Position numbers and translations under genes: made by a program. DNA of 64,000 nt from Leucoraja erinacea (lineage: Eukaryota): NCBI RefSeq assembly GCF_028641065.1, contig NC_073382.1, positions 59,396,001 to 59,460,000 of the forward strand, read 5' to 3'. Numbering within the stretch: the stretch's first letter is position 1; every line of letters begins with the position of its first letter. The notes below the pieces were generated by a model that was not told the DNA's origin, did not search any database, and saw only the letters and a program-made list of their open reading frames with translations. Shown one piece after another: positions 50,822 through 62,569 of the stretch.

Positions 50822-52719
50822 CATCTAGAGCAGCGGATGCAATAGATGAAGTTGGAGGAGGTGCAGGGGAACCTCTGCCGCACCTGAAAAGACTGCTTGG
50901 TCCTTGAATGGAATCAAGGGGGGAGGTAAAGGGCCCGGTGTTGCATATCTTGCGGTTGCAACAGAAAGTGCCCGGGGAGGGGAAGGGAAGGGAAGAATTG
51001 ACAAGAGATCTTTGGTTGGCAGAGGTTCATGCAGCTCTGCCCATCTCATGCTCCGTCAGCGTTAAAAGCAAACAAAAAAGATCATGTTGGAAAGCTGAAA
51101 TCAAGACACGAAATGCGCAGTGACCAGGTTTCAGGTCAATGGAAGAATTATGAACCATGATTTATGATTGTTTTAATTTTATAAAATGATCAAAAAGAAT
51201 TTGCAATCATAATTTAAGGCCTCATCATATGGTTTTAATATTGACATTCACTGATAAGTTCAGATGTATATCCTGCAATTTCAGTTGAAAAAAATATTTT
51301 TCTTTCATAACCAGATTTTATTGCCATTCAAATGATCTCAAATTTATTTCTATGCGATTTGATTGCAAATTGTTGATATTGAATGAGTTCTGCATGGATG
51401 TGTTGTACATGCATGTAAAGCCACACCTAAATAAGCTCACAATAGTTGGAAATAAGATGATTTTTTTAAATGATCTATTTTATTTAATAAATTACACTTG
51501 GTAGTTAAAATACTGATTTTTCAAAATAAAGTATGTACTAAAATAGAAAAATGCATGCTGTGAACAAAAAAAGAACAATCCTGCATCTTTTCCAAAAATC
51601 TATGAGCATTTCCAGCCTAATTTGCTCACTCTCGACTCACAAATGTCCTTGTGCTGTCAAACAATTTGTCTGACATCTATTTCCAGATGAGTCAAAATAT
51701 TCTCCAGTTATGCATCAGGAAACCCAGCACTGTTGTCTTCAGCATATATTATCTGATACTTTGCCTGTGATTTAATTGCTGCTCCTTAGCACAGCCACTA
51801 CAGAATCCATTCATGGCTGATGTCTTAAACTAAACAAGATTGCATGTAATTTGTGCACTATATTTAACTCTGATGCGGCCTTAGTCTACAACCTTGTACC
51901 TTCTCCATATAAAAACATGACCTTCCGTATGGTGGTCTGGTCAATATAATAGCCTATTTTGGTTAACCTGGAAATCTAAGGTTCAAATGGGCTTCAAACT
52001 GGTGTTATAGGTTAGATACTTCTGTGGATTTGGTCAATTTAAAACCGTCTTTCATATTTTAAATGGTATCAAGTCCAACATTCATCACCTTAATCACTAG
52101 TATTAATTAATTAATTAGTAAACCATTCATTAGGTTTATACTGTACTGATGGGACAGTGTAAATCTTAATTCAGAAAGACACACATCAATAAAAGATGGT
52201 CAGCATATATTTACAAAGGGTAGGTTGTATCTAAGTTAATCAAATTCATAGCGGAACTAACATAGATGATCAGCCAAGGCAGTGATGTTGATGTAATTTA
52301 CATGGATTTCAACAAGGCTTTTGACATGGCCCCACACAGTGGTCAGGTCAAAATAAAAGCCAAGAATGGGGAAATTGGATCCAACATTGACTTGTAGAAA
52401 GTTAATGTAATGGTCAACAAGTGTTTTTGTAACTGGAAGACACTTACCAGTTGAGTTCCATATCATTCATTTGAGGGCATGATAATGAAATTTGAAGATT
52501 ACAGTAAGGAGAAAAAAACTGAAGGATGATATGGAGAGCTTGAAGAGTGGCAAATGGAATACGATACAGGGATGCGAACAATAATATGTGATTGTGTGTG
52601 AGTGTGTGTGACTTGGAGTGAAGCCTTTGGGTCATTGGCATTTCAATACACTTGAGGAATACACTTGGTACAATTTTGATACACTTGGTATCCCTGGATT
52701 TCCAGTTATAGGCACATTA

Positions 52720-53690
52720 TATGCCTTCACACACGACTGTGTTCCTGCATTCGACACCAACACCATCGTCAAGTTTGCAGACGACACAACGGTGATCGGG
52801 CTAATCACCAACGGTGATGAAACAAACTACAGAGCGGAGGTGCAGAACCTGGCGACTGGTGCTCACGTAACAACTTGTCTCTAAACACCTCCAAGACCAA
52901 GGAGCTGATTATTGACTTCAGGAGGACACATAATGAGGAATACACCCCAATCTCCATCTACGGAGAGTGTGGAGAGAGTGTCCAGCTTTAAGTTTCTGGG
53001 CACACACATCTCAGAGGACCTCACATGGTCCACCAACACCGCTGCGCTGGTCAAGAAGGCACACCAACAACTGTTCTTCCTGAGAACACTGAAAAAGACT
53101 GGTCTGCCCCAACAGCTGCTGACAACCTTCTACCGTTGCACCACAGAGAGCATACTAACGTATGGCATCTCTGTGTGGTATCTCAGCTGCACGGAGGCAG
53201 AGAGGAGAGCTCTTCAGCGCGTCGTCCACAGAAGATTATTGGGACACAGCTACCAGCCTATGAGGGCATCTACTACACACGGTGCCTCAGGAAGGCCGTC
53301 AGCATCCACAAAGACTCCTCACACCCTTGTAATCGACTGTTCGAACTCCTACCTTCCGGCAGACGTTACAAGGCCTTCTACGCCCGCACCTCCAGATTCA
53401 GGAACAGCTTCATCCCCAGAGCTATAGCTGCTCTGAACCGGCCCTGCTGAGTGCCCCCCACCACCATGAACTGTCTCCCTCGGATGGTCATGTCGCACAT
53501 CGACCCGGCAGACACATTGTACTTTACACTGTTTTTACTGTTCTTTTTATAAATCATGTTTCTCGGGATATCTAAATCTAAATTTTGTTAGTTGTTTAAG
53601 TTATGACATCGGATGGAAGCTGCATACCAAATCTCGTTGCACATATGTGCAATGACAATAAAAGATATGATATATTAAATATTATATATT
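52720..53690 (+). mobile_element. 5'-truncated Rex1/Babar-like LINE within old CR1 remnants
   Basis: IVKFADDTT, FKFLGTHIS and LPSGRRY motifs. Confidence 0.85.
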
Positions 53691-55224
53691 ATATGTTTCG
53701 TAGAAGATACAGAGTGCTGCAGCAGGTCAGATAGCATTTAGGTGAACAATTTTGGGTCGGGACACTTTTTCAGTCTGATTGTAGAGGGGAGAAAGAAACC
53801 TGGAAGAGAGGAGTGGTTGGACAAAGCCTGGAAAGTACTGTTGTGGTTTAATTAGTCATGGAGTGTAAGCTTTGGCATTTGGTGAATAAAATACACTGGA
53901 GCTGGTGGTAGAGTGAAAAAATCTTTAGGGTTCTAAAAGGACAACATAAACAGAAATGTGGCTATATGTGCATTATTGAAAGTGGCAAAATTGATTGAGA
54001 AGGTGGTTGAAAATATATGTAATGTTAGACTTTATAAATAAAGGCACAGAGTACATGAGCAACCAAGTCGCACTAAAATGTTGGAGTATTGTATCCAGTT
54101 TTGGACACCAAAAACATTTATGAATAGCTTTAGAGAGGATGCAAAACAGATTTTCTAAAATGATTCCTAGGAAAAGGAACTTTAGATGTGTGGGTAGAAT
54201 AGACAATCTGGGTTTTTTTACTCTTGGGACAGAGGAGCTTGCAAATTTGAGAGTAGATAGAGAGAAACTGCTCTCATTGACAGAAAAGTCTGGGGGATAT
54301 AGGATGAAGGTAATTTGTTAAAGAACCAAAAATTGACTGAGAAAAAGTCTTATCTGCAGCAAATAGTTTGGGTTCTGTATTGCAATGTCATGGGGAGTAG
54401 TAGAGGCTGATTCAGTCATTTGCACAAATTCAGGAGCTGCACAAATGTATGAAAGTAAGGAATCTGATTGCTGAGGAAGGCAGGGATAGCTAAGTTATTG
54501 CAATGAAGAAAACAAAATGCTTGGAACAGTCAGTAGGTCAAGCAATATCTGTGAAGCGAAATATGGTAAATGCTTCAGACAAAGGCCCTTTGTCACACCT
54601 GGGGAAAAGAGAAAATAGGTTTGTTTTAAGGAGCAAAGAGCATGGATAGGATAGGATAGGCCCAGACCAGAGTTTCTGTGGGATATACTATTGATGAAGC
54701 CATCTAATTGATAGTTCGTGAGGAGAGTTAGTGAAAAAAATATATATACTAAGCAGTCAAATCTTGGTCAAGGATGCAAGAAATGCTGACCACAGCAGAT
54801 ACTATTGGTAGAGAGAGAGAGCGAAAGCCGCGTTGATATTACGGATGGATAGCAGAGCAGAGAAAGCGAGTTGCTATAAATTGCTGGAATCAAGAATTAA
54901 AGAGCACATTTAGGCAATGGGCCTTGTTAAAGCAGTAAGGGAAGCCAGACCGAAAAGTGAGAACGAGTGTGGAATTGCGAATTAAAGTGACAATAACAGC
55001 AAACTCCTTTCTGTGCGGATGGAACTTAAGTGCCGTGGGAGGACACGTTGCGACCTTCTGTTTCTCTATATACAGATACTTCTGGAACTGTTTCGCTCTC
55101 CAGCTGCGCATTTCGTGTCTTGATTTCAGCTTTCCAACATGATCTTTTTTGTTTGCTTTTAACGCTGACGGAGCATGAGATGGGTAGAGCTGCATGAACC
55201 TCTGACAACCAAAGATCTCTTGTT

Positions 55225-55865
55225 AATTCTTCCCTTCCCTTCCCCTCCCCGGGCACTTTCCGTTGCAACCGCAAGATATGCAACACCTGTCCCATTACCT
55301 CCCCCCTCGAATCCATTCAAGGACCCAAGCAGTCGTTCCAGGTGCGACAGTGGTTCACCTGTATCTCCTCCAACCTCATCTACTGCATCCGCTGCTCTAG
55401 ATGTCAGCTGATCTACATCGGTGAGACTAAGCGGAGGTTGAGCGATCGTTTCGCCGAACACCTCCGCTCGGTCTGCAAGAACCTACCTGACCTCCCGGTG
55501 GCTCAGCACTTCAACTCCCCGTCCCACTCCCCATCCGACCTCTCTGTCCTGGGTCTCCTCCATGGCCAGAGTGAGCAACACCGGAAATTGGAGGAACAGC
55601 ACCTCATATTCCGCTTGGGGAGTCTGCATCCTGCGGGCATGAACATTGAATTCTCCCTTGCTGTCTCCTCCCCTTCCTCAGCCCTCGGGCTGTCTCCTCC
55701 CATCCCTCAGCCTCCGGGCTCCTCCTCCTCCTTTTTTCCTTCCTTCTCCCCGCCACCCCCTATCAGTCTGAAGAAGGGTTTTGGCTCGAAACGTTGCCCA
55801 TTTCCTTTGCTCCATAGATGCTGCTGCACTCGCTGAGTTTCTCCAGCATTTTTGTGTACCTTTGA
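55225..55865 (+). mobile_element. Penelope-like GIY-YIG 3' fragment
   Basis: ORF 55342-55836: NLIYCIRCSRCQLIYIGETKRRLSDRFAEHL. Confidence 0.85.
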
Positions 55866-55884
55866 CTGACAACTACTGGACCAG

Positions 55885-56282
55885 TGGAGCGCGGACACAG
55901 GGGCGGGGGCTCTTGGAGCGCGGGCACGGGGGGGCGGGGTTGCAGGGGCGCGGGCCACGGGGGAGGGGGGCGGGCTTGCAGGGGGCGCGGCCACATGAGA
56001 GGGGGCGGGGCTACGGGGGCGCCATGGGGCACAGGAGCGCGGGCACGGGGGGGCTACGCAGGGGCGCGGCCACAGGCCATGGGGCGAAGAGGGGGGGCGC
56101 GGCCACAGGAGAGGGGGCGGGGTTATAGGGGGCGCGGCCATGGGGGGGGGGGGCTACAGGGGCGCGGGCACATGGGGGGGCGGGGTTGCAGGGGGCGCGG
56201 CCACATGAGAGGGGGCGGGGCTATAGGGGGCGCGGCCATGGGGGCGGGGTTACGGGATGCGCAGCCACGAGGGGGCGGGGCA
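55885..56282. repeat. G-rich degenerate tandem array of GGGGCGGGG / GGCGCGGCCAC units
   Basis: Directly visible ~35-40 bp degenerate repeats. Confidence 0.85.
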
Positions 56283-56560
56283 CGCATCGATTGGTTGCTA
56301 AGACATTCATGGGCGGGGCATGTTCACCAACCCTGTCCTGATTGGCTGGAGCGGGAGCGCGCACGGCGCGGGTTGAACGCAAGGGAACGTTCTGATTTAA
56401 AGCCGCACGCGCGGGGCAACGGCAGCTTTGGACGGTGCGGTTTCAGTGGTGACGGTCACGGACTTGTGGTCGGGTTTCAGGCCGTGGGAGGAACTCGCTG
56501 ACGTTAATGTCTTCCCCTCCTCTGCGACCGCTGGACACCCGTGTGAAGGTGGGTAGGTAG
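56270..56560 (+). promoter_or_regulatory. USP35 CpG-island promoter and probable non-coding exon 1
   Basis: ATTGG (CCAAT) boxes at ~56290 and ~56341, GC boxes, candidate donor AAG|GTGGGT at 56548/56549, acceptor ending at 57278. Confidence 0.65.
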
Positions 56561-57289
56561 GTGGCTTGTGGAGGTGGCCGGAGGGACGGGTGGTCAAAGC
56601 CCACCCGCTGCCCACCGGGGCTCGGCGAGGAGTTGGGGACCGCTGCCTGCCCGGCTGCCTGCCTCTGTTGCTATAGCTGCTATTATCTGCTACTATAGTT
56701 AGTTATCAGCAGTGACTGCTCCCTGGCGCTGCGAAAGCGGCGTTCAATCAAGTGCACAGACATCGCCGGGATTGTCACATGTAACGGACATAATTCTTAC
56801 TTGCTGTAGTTTGACATTGATACTGCAGCATAATAGTATATATTTATCTGCTGTCCTGCCCGTAGAACCAACAGCCATAGAGCCATAGTGATACAGTATG
56901 GAAACGGGCTCTTAGCCCAACTTGCCCACAACGGCCAGCAATGTTCCAGCTGCACTAGTCCCACTGGCCTGCGCTTGGTCCATATCCCTGCGAACCTGTC
57001 CTATCCACGTACCTGTCTGTCTCTTAAATGTTGGCGAAGGAGCCATTTATGTCTAGGCTAGCTACTGTTGGCATATTATATTGTCTGATTCCTATTAAAT
57101 CTTTTTCTCTTCACCTTGGACCAGTTCTTTGGTCCTCTATTCCCCTGCTCTGGGCAAGAGACTCTGTGCATCGATCCGATCTATGCCTCACATGATTTTG
57201 TAATCCTATGGGTGGGATTTTCTTCTAGATTTTATATTGTGAAATTCTAATTCTAATTAATATTGACTTGTTTTTAAGATTGAAAAAAC

Positions 57290-57971
57290 ATGGATAAGAT
57301 TTTAGAAAACATGGACAAGATGTTGTCCCACCATCCAACTTCTATGAAGCATGTAAAACGAATTAAAGAAGCAGCAAAAGAACCTCTCGACCATAAGCAG
57401 TGTATGGCCATGTTTGAGTTGTCTACAAAATTCATTCTGTCGGGTGACACACAGTTCCAAAAGGATGTCGGCAAGGAGGTTCTAGAAGCTTTTGCCCAGA
57501 ACCACACTGCAGATTTTGAGATATTTTTCAATGTAAAATTTATCTTGAAACTGTTGCAAGATGGTTATGGAACACTGAGCAAAAGGAGCAGTGATATTTT
57601 GGAGTACATTCATCTAGGGTTAAAATATATTCAAGGTAATACTTCTGTCGATGAAGCATTTCATGCCCTTCAGATTGAGCTTCTCCGCATAGTGTGTGAG
57701 AAACCTGGATCAAAGCTCTGTGCCTGTGTTTGTAAACTACTTGCTGAATATCCTCAGTGCATTCCTAATGGAAAGTTTCAAGTGGTGTTTTGCCAGCAAC
57801 TTGTTAGATGTATAGGCCAGTTCCAATGCACATCACAAGACGAAGATGAAATTGTGAAATTCCTGGATCAAGTAAACAAAGTAAGCGGATTGTTCCAGCA
57901 AATCTGGTGGACACAAACTACAGCTATAATTCCCACGTTGCGGGAGCTGTTCACTGTTATTTCATCAACTG
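57290..57971 (+). CDS. USP35: Ubiquitin carboxyl-terminal hydrolase 35, first coding exon; the gene continues beyond the window
   Basis: MDKILE...FCQQLVRCIGQFQC...VSGL..IW...LRELFTVISST; donor G|GTAAGG at 57971/57972. Synteny with KCTD21 favours USP35 over USP38. Confidence 0.88.
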
Positions 57972-58653
57972 GTAAGGAAAATGCACATTTTAATTTAAAA
58001 GAAATGATTATTGACTTTGTTTTCCCCTTCATCTCCCCACTCCAGATGCTATAGCCTTCATTGCTTGCAGGCCAATCTGCTTGGCATTGTGGCCTATACT
58101 TCTGCATGCTAAACTTGGAAACATTGAGCTCGGAATAAAAAAATCAGCCACCTTTTATTTCTGTTCCTTCCTCTGGAGAATGTTTTTCTCATCTCAGCAT
58201 CACTACTGATTTGGCTGGGATTGGGTACTGGATGAATCCACAGTTCTCAGTTGTACAATGTACAAACTTAATGTTGAGGCTCTTGCCTCCACAGCAGAGC
58301 AGCACTGTTGAAAGGGATGACAATAGTCATGACAGCTCGTAGCTTAATGCCAGTTTTTAGTGTTATTTACAATGGCAAATAATGTATGCTGCCAAGAGAG
58401 CACCCATGAGATGCATGCGTAAGAGCAACTCGCCACAAATTAGTACCATTTTAAACAAAAAGTAATAATTTCCAACATGGTTGAGTCTACAAAGCAGAAA
58501 TAGCTGTATTTGTTATTGAATGTAAGCTCGTGTCAGATGAACAATTGATTATTCTGGTTTATGGGATATTCAGGGTTTTTTTTAGGATGGTAAACCCTAC
58601 ACTAAAACTAAAAACATTGTATGTAGCAAGAGGTTCTTGTCTTTCTTGACCTA

Positions 58654-59072
58654 TAGAAACATAGAAAATAGGTGCAGGAGTAGGCCATTCGGCCCTTCGA
58701 GCCTGCACCGCCATTCGATATGATCATGGCTGACGTCCAACTCGGTATCCCATCCCTGCCTTCTCTCCATACCCCCTAATCCCTTTAGCCACAAGGGCCA
58801 CATCTAACTCCCTCTTAAATATAGCCAATGAACTGGCCTCAACTACCTTCTGTGGCAGAGAATTCCACAGATTCACCACTCTCTGTGTAAAAAATGATTT
58901 TCTCATCTCGGTCCTAAAAGACTTCCCTCTTATCCTTAAACTGTGACCCCTAGTTCTGGACTTCCCCAACATCGGGAATAATGTTCCTGCATCTAGCCTG
59001 TCCAACCCCTTAAGAATTTTGTACGTTTCTATAAGATCCCCCCTCAATCTTCTGAATTCTAGCGTGTACAAG
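58654..59072 (-). mobile_element. Young CR1-type LINE 3' fragment
   Basis: ORF 58724-59071 and tail. Confidence 0.9.
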
Positions 59073-59103
59073 CCTATCTTTTACTGTGTAATACTGTTCC
59101 ATT

Positions 59104-59700
59104 TAGAAACATAGAAACATAGAAATTAGGTGCAGGAGTAGGCCATTCGGCCCTTCGAGCCTGCACCGCCATTCAATATGATCGTGGCTGATCATCCAAC
59201 TCAGTATCCCGTACCTGCCTTCTCCCCCATACCCCCTGATCCCCTTAGCCACAAGGGCCACATCTAACTCCCTCTTAAATATAGCCAAATGAACTGGCCT
59301 CAACTACCCTCTGTGGCAGAGAGTTCCAGAGATTCACCACTCTGTGTGAAAAAAAAGTTCTTCTATCTCGGTTTTAAAGGATTTCCCCCTTATCCTTAAG
59401 CTGTGACCCCTTGTCCTGGACTTCCCTAACATCGGGAACAATCTTCCTGCATTAGCCTGTCCAACCCCTTAAGAATTTTGTAAGTTTCTATAAGATCCCC
59501 TCTCAATATCCTATATTCTAGAGAGTATAAACCAAATCTATCCAGTCTTTCTTCATAAGACAGTCCTGACATCCCAGGAATCAGTCTGGTGAACCGTCTC
59601 TGCACTCCCTCTATGGCGATAATGTCCTTCCTCAGATTTGGAGACCAAAACTGTACGCAATACTCCAGGTGTGGTCTCACCAAGACCCTGTACAACTGCA
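59104..59700 (-). mobile_element. Young CR1-type LINE 3' fragment
   Basis: ORF 59426-59701 and tail. Confidence 0.9.
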
Positions 59701-61245
59701 ATTTATTTTATTTATTTATTTATTTTTTTGCCTTTCTTGTATTCTCATGCTAAATAGATGCCATTACCTTGCTTTCATCACAAACATAAAATATTATGCA
59801 ATGAATTTTAACTTGTAACCAACTGCAATGTAAGGTGCTTACTACAATGTGATGGTGAAACATGGTGCATAATTTTCTTCTTTCTAACTGAGATTGCAAT
59901 CCCAATCTAAAAACATTAGAGAAAGTGAAGGAATGGTGTCCATTATTGTCAATTGCCTGGCATTACCGAGTGAGGGGGGTAAATATATAGTATTCGGAAA
60001 ACACACTAAACAAGACACACTGAAAAGGAAAGGACATATACATTTTAAACATTGTAAATAAATAAATAACATACTTTAATTTCATTTGCTTTTTACAGAT
60101 GAGCTTGCTGTGTGGTAATCTTAGATATGGTAACTTTTTATTCTGAGTCAATGGAACAATGTCAACAAACTCTGTCCTTTGTTCCTGATATGAAAGGACG
60201 CCTTTATAAAGAGGTCTGTAATAATGAGAGTAGACTGTAATACTAAATTCTGATTACAAAGTGTTAGCATTAATTTTATCTGAATATGATATTGTTTAGA
60301 GGAGGTGAATGTTATCTTGCTGTCAAGAATAGTTCAGGAATAGCTACATCCCCACAGCCATCAGGCTATTGAACCTGGCTCGGACAAAACTCTGAACATT
60401 AATTACCCATTATCTGCTATTTGCGCTTTATCAGTTTATTTTTTCATGTGTTTTGTAGTCAATGCCTACTATGTTCTGTTGTGCTGAAGCAAAGCAAGAA
60501 TTTAATTGTCCTATCAAGGACACATGACAATATACTCACTTGAACTTGAATTACATATTTTCCTATCACAGATATGGCCTGTGCCTTTCCATAAACCAAT
60601 CAATTGATTGTTGCATTGATTGTTACTTCTGTGTTAAGTAAAGAAAGATGGGCATGTTTGTCAAAAATCATCCACTACTATGTGATAGAATCAAGTGACC
60701 TGTGACCTAATTGCTGTGAACATTTTTTTACCTGAAATTTTTTCTCGCAGTCTCAAACACTGAGCATCAATTAATTGAAATATTTACACTGGGTTGGTAA
60801 TGTAGGATGGTAGGAGTTAGTGAAATTACTCAATTTCAATAACTAGTTGAAGATCTTTTTGAGTAGAACCTTGATCGCAAATATGATTTGGTCTGTGACC
60901 TTTGTGGTAATAGGCTGATTATGTTGCCATATGTTATGTGATCCATACATGTGCATCATGCTTTTGCCTACTTGGTGCCCTCTTCAGTGTCAGGAAATCC
61001 CATTTAAATCCGACTGCTTATGTACTGCACCAATCTTGACTTTAATAGCAATCTTCTGACCCTTTCCAGCTACATGTAACATTAAGTTTCTTGTTTCTAA
61101 ACTTGAAGTATCATATTGAGTACACCATTTCCTATACTGGACACTAAAACATGTACCTTTTTACTTTTGGAACCATTGTCCAGATTTTTCACTTCAATGA
61201 CTAGGTCGGTGCAGTAGCCTGGTTTAACAGGCCACAATGTTATGC

Positions 61246-61863
61246 ATGGCCGTCCGAAGGGGGGGGGGGGGGGGGGGGGTGGTGCGTTGGGTGCGACCGC
61301 ACCCCCCTTTTTTCCCCTCCCAAGAAAAAATCGCCCAAAAAACAAAAAAAATACGAAAAAAAAGAAGAAAAAAAATTGGAGAAAAAAAATCAACGTTTCG
61401 TCTTTGGAAAAGGCCAGTTCTCTGTTCTCCCGTCGCCGGGCAAGAGTGGCTGAATCTGAACCCAACGGCTGTAACCCAGACGCTGCTGCGGCGGAGCCCA
61501 CTCCCCTCGCCTCTCCCCAAGCCATCCCCAAGCTCACGCCACCCCCGCTGGGCCCACTCCACACCCGCTGGGCCCACTCCACACCCGCTGGGCCCACTCC
61601 ACACCCGCTGGGCCCACTCCACCCCGCTGGGCCCACTCCACCCTCATCCCCCCCCCCCCCCCGAGGGGGGCCCGGCGCCACCTGTCTTCACCCACCCCTC
61701 GCAAGAAAGAGGGGGGGGGGGAGAGGGGGGGAGGGGGAGAGGGAAAGGGGGATTATCCTTAGTGAGATTGCAAAATTAAGGGAGGTTTTAGAGCTATTAT
61801 ATTTTCTCCTCCATATGAATAATATTAAAAAATATCAAATAATATCAAACAATATCAAACATT
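61246..61863. mobile_element. Truncated DNA-transposon-like element with a 20-bp tandem repeat; shares an internal block with the hAT at 14.7 kb
   Basis: GCTGGGCCCACTCCACACCC about 5 times at 61547-61642; ~61749-61825 matches ~14743-14819. Confidence 0.6.
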
Positions 61864-62371
61864 ATTGCAATAGAGGGAGTGCAGAAACGGTTCACCAGAC
61901 TGATTCCTGGGATGTCAGGACTGTCTTATGAAGAAAGACTGGATAGACTTGGTTTATACTCTTTAGAATTTAGGAGATTGAGAGGGGATCTTATAGAAAC
62001 TTACAAAATTCTTAAGGGGTTGGACAGGCTAGATGCAGGAAGATTGTTCCCGATGTTAGGGAAGTCCAGGACAAGGGGTCACAGCTTAAGGATAAGGGGG
62101 AAATCCTTTAAAACAGAGATGAGAAGAACTTTTTTCACACAGAGAGTGGTGAATCTCTGGAACTCTCTGCCACAGAGGGTAGTGGAGGCCAGTTCATTGG
62201 CTATATTTAAGAGGGAGTTAGATGTGGCCCTTGTGGCTAAGGGGATCAGGGGGTATGGAGAGAAGGCAGGTACGGGATACTGAGTTGGATGATCAACCAT
62301 GATCATATTGAATGGCGGTGCAGGCTCGAAGGGCCGAATGGCCTACTCCTGCACCTAATTTCTATGTTTCT
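61864..62371 (+). mobile_element. Young CR1-type LINE 3' fragment
   Basis: ORF 61879-62283 and tail. Confidence 0.9.
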
Positions 62372-62569
62372 AATTGGAACTGCTTTCTTTTCCTTGATAA
62401 CAATACCTGTACTGGAAAATATGAATTCCATGGTTTGTGACATAAATACACATTTTAATGGGATCATTATATACAGATGTAACATTTCAATTTAGAGATC
62501 GGGGGGAGGGGGCAAATATGCGTCAAGCCGATATCCTAATCGTTAAAGAGTTAAAAGATAGCCTAATCG

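Larger units (their letters stand above)
49390..51126 (-). mobile_element. Penelope-like fragment plus copied flank, interrupted by a LINE and two TIR remnants
   Basis: ETKHRLGDRFAEHL motif; inverted match to 55103-55865; flanked by GGTTTCAGGTC direct repeats. Confidence 0.75.

Noticed and set aside
55707-56501. Long Gly/Arg/Pro-rich ORFs
   Set aside because: They arise from stop-poor GC-rich tandem repeats. The same applies to ORFs at 15.6-16.1, 34.0-34.5, 44.9-45.5 and 61.1-61.9 kb.
56664-56700. Additional footprint (CTGCTAT-like motifs)
   Set aside because: There is no ATCTTTG end and no 8-bp duplication.
57290-58054. USP38, or a complete 254-aa protein
   Set aside because: Residue pattern and KCTD21 synteny favour USP35; the ORF past 57971 is intron read-through.
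59700-61240. Next USP35 coding exon
   Set aside because: I found no phase-compatible exon with recognisable USP35 sequence; it probably lies beyond the window.
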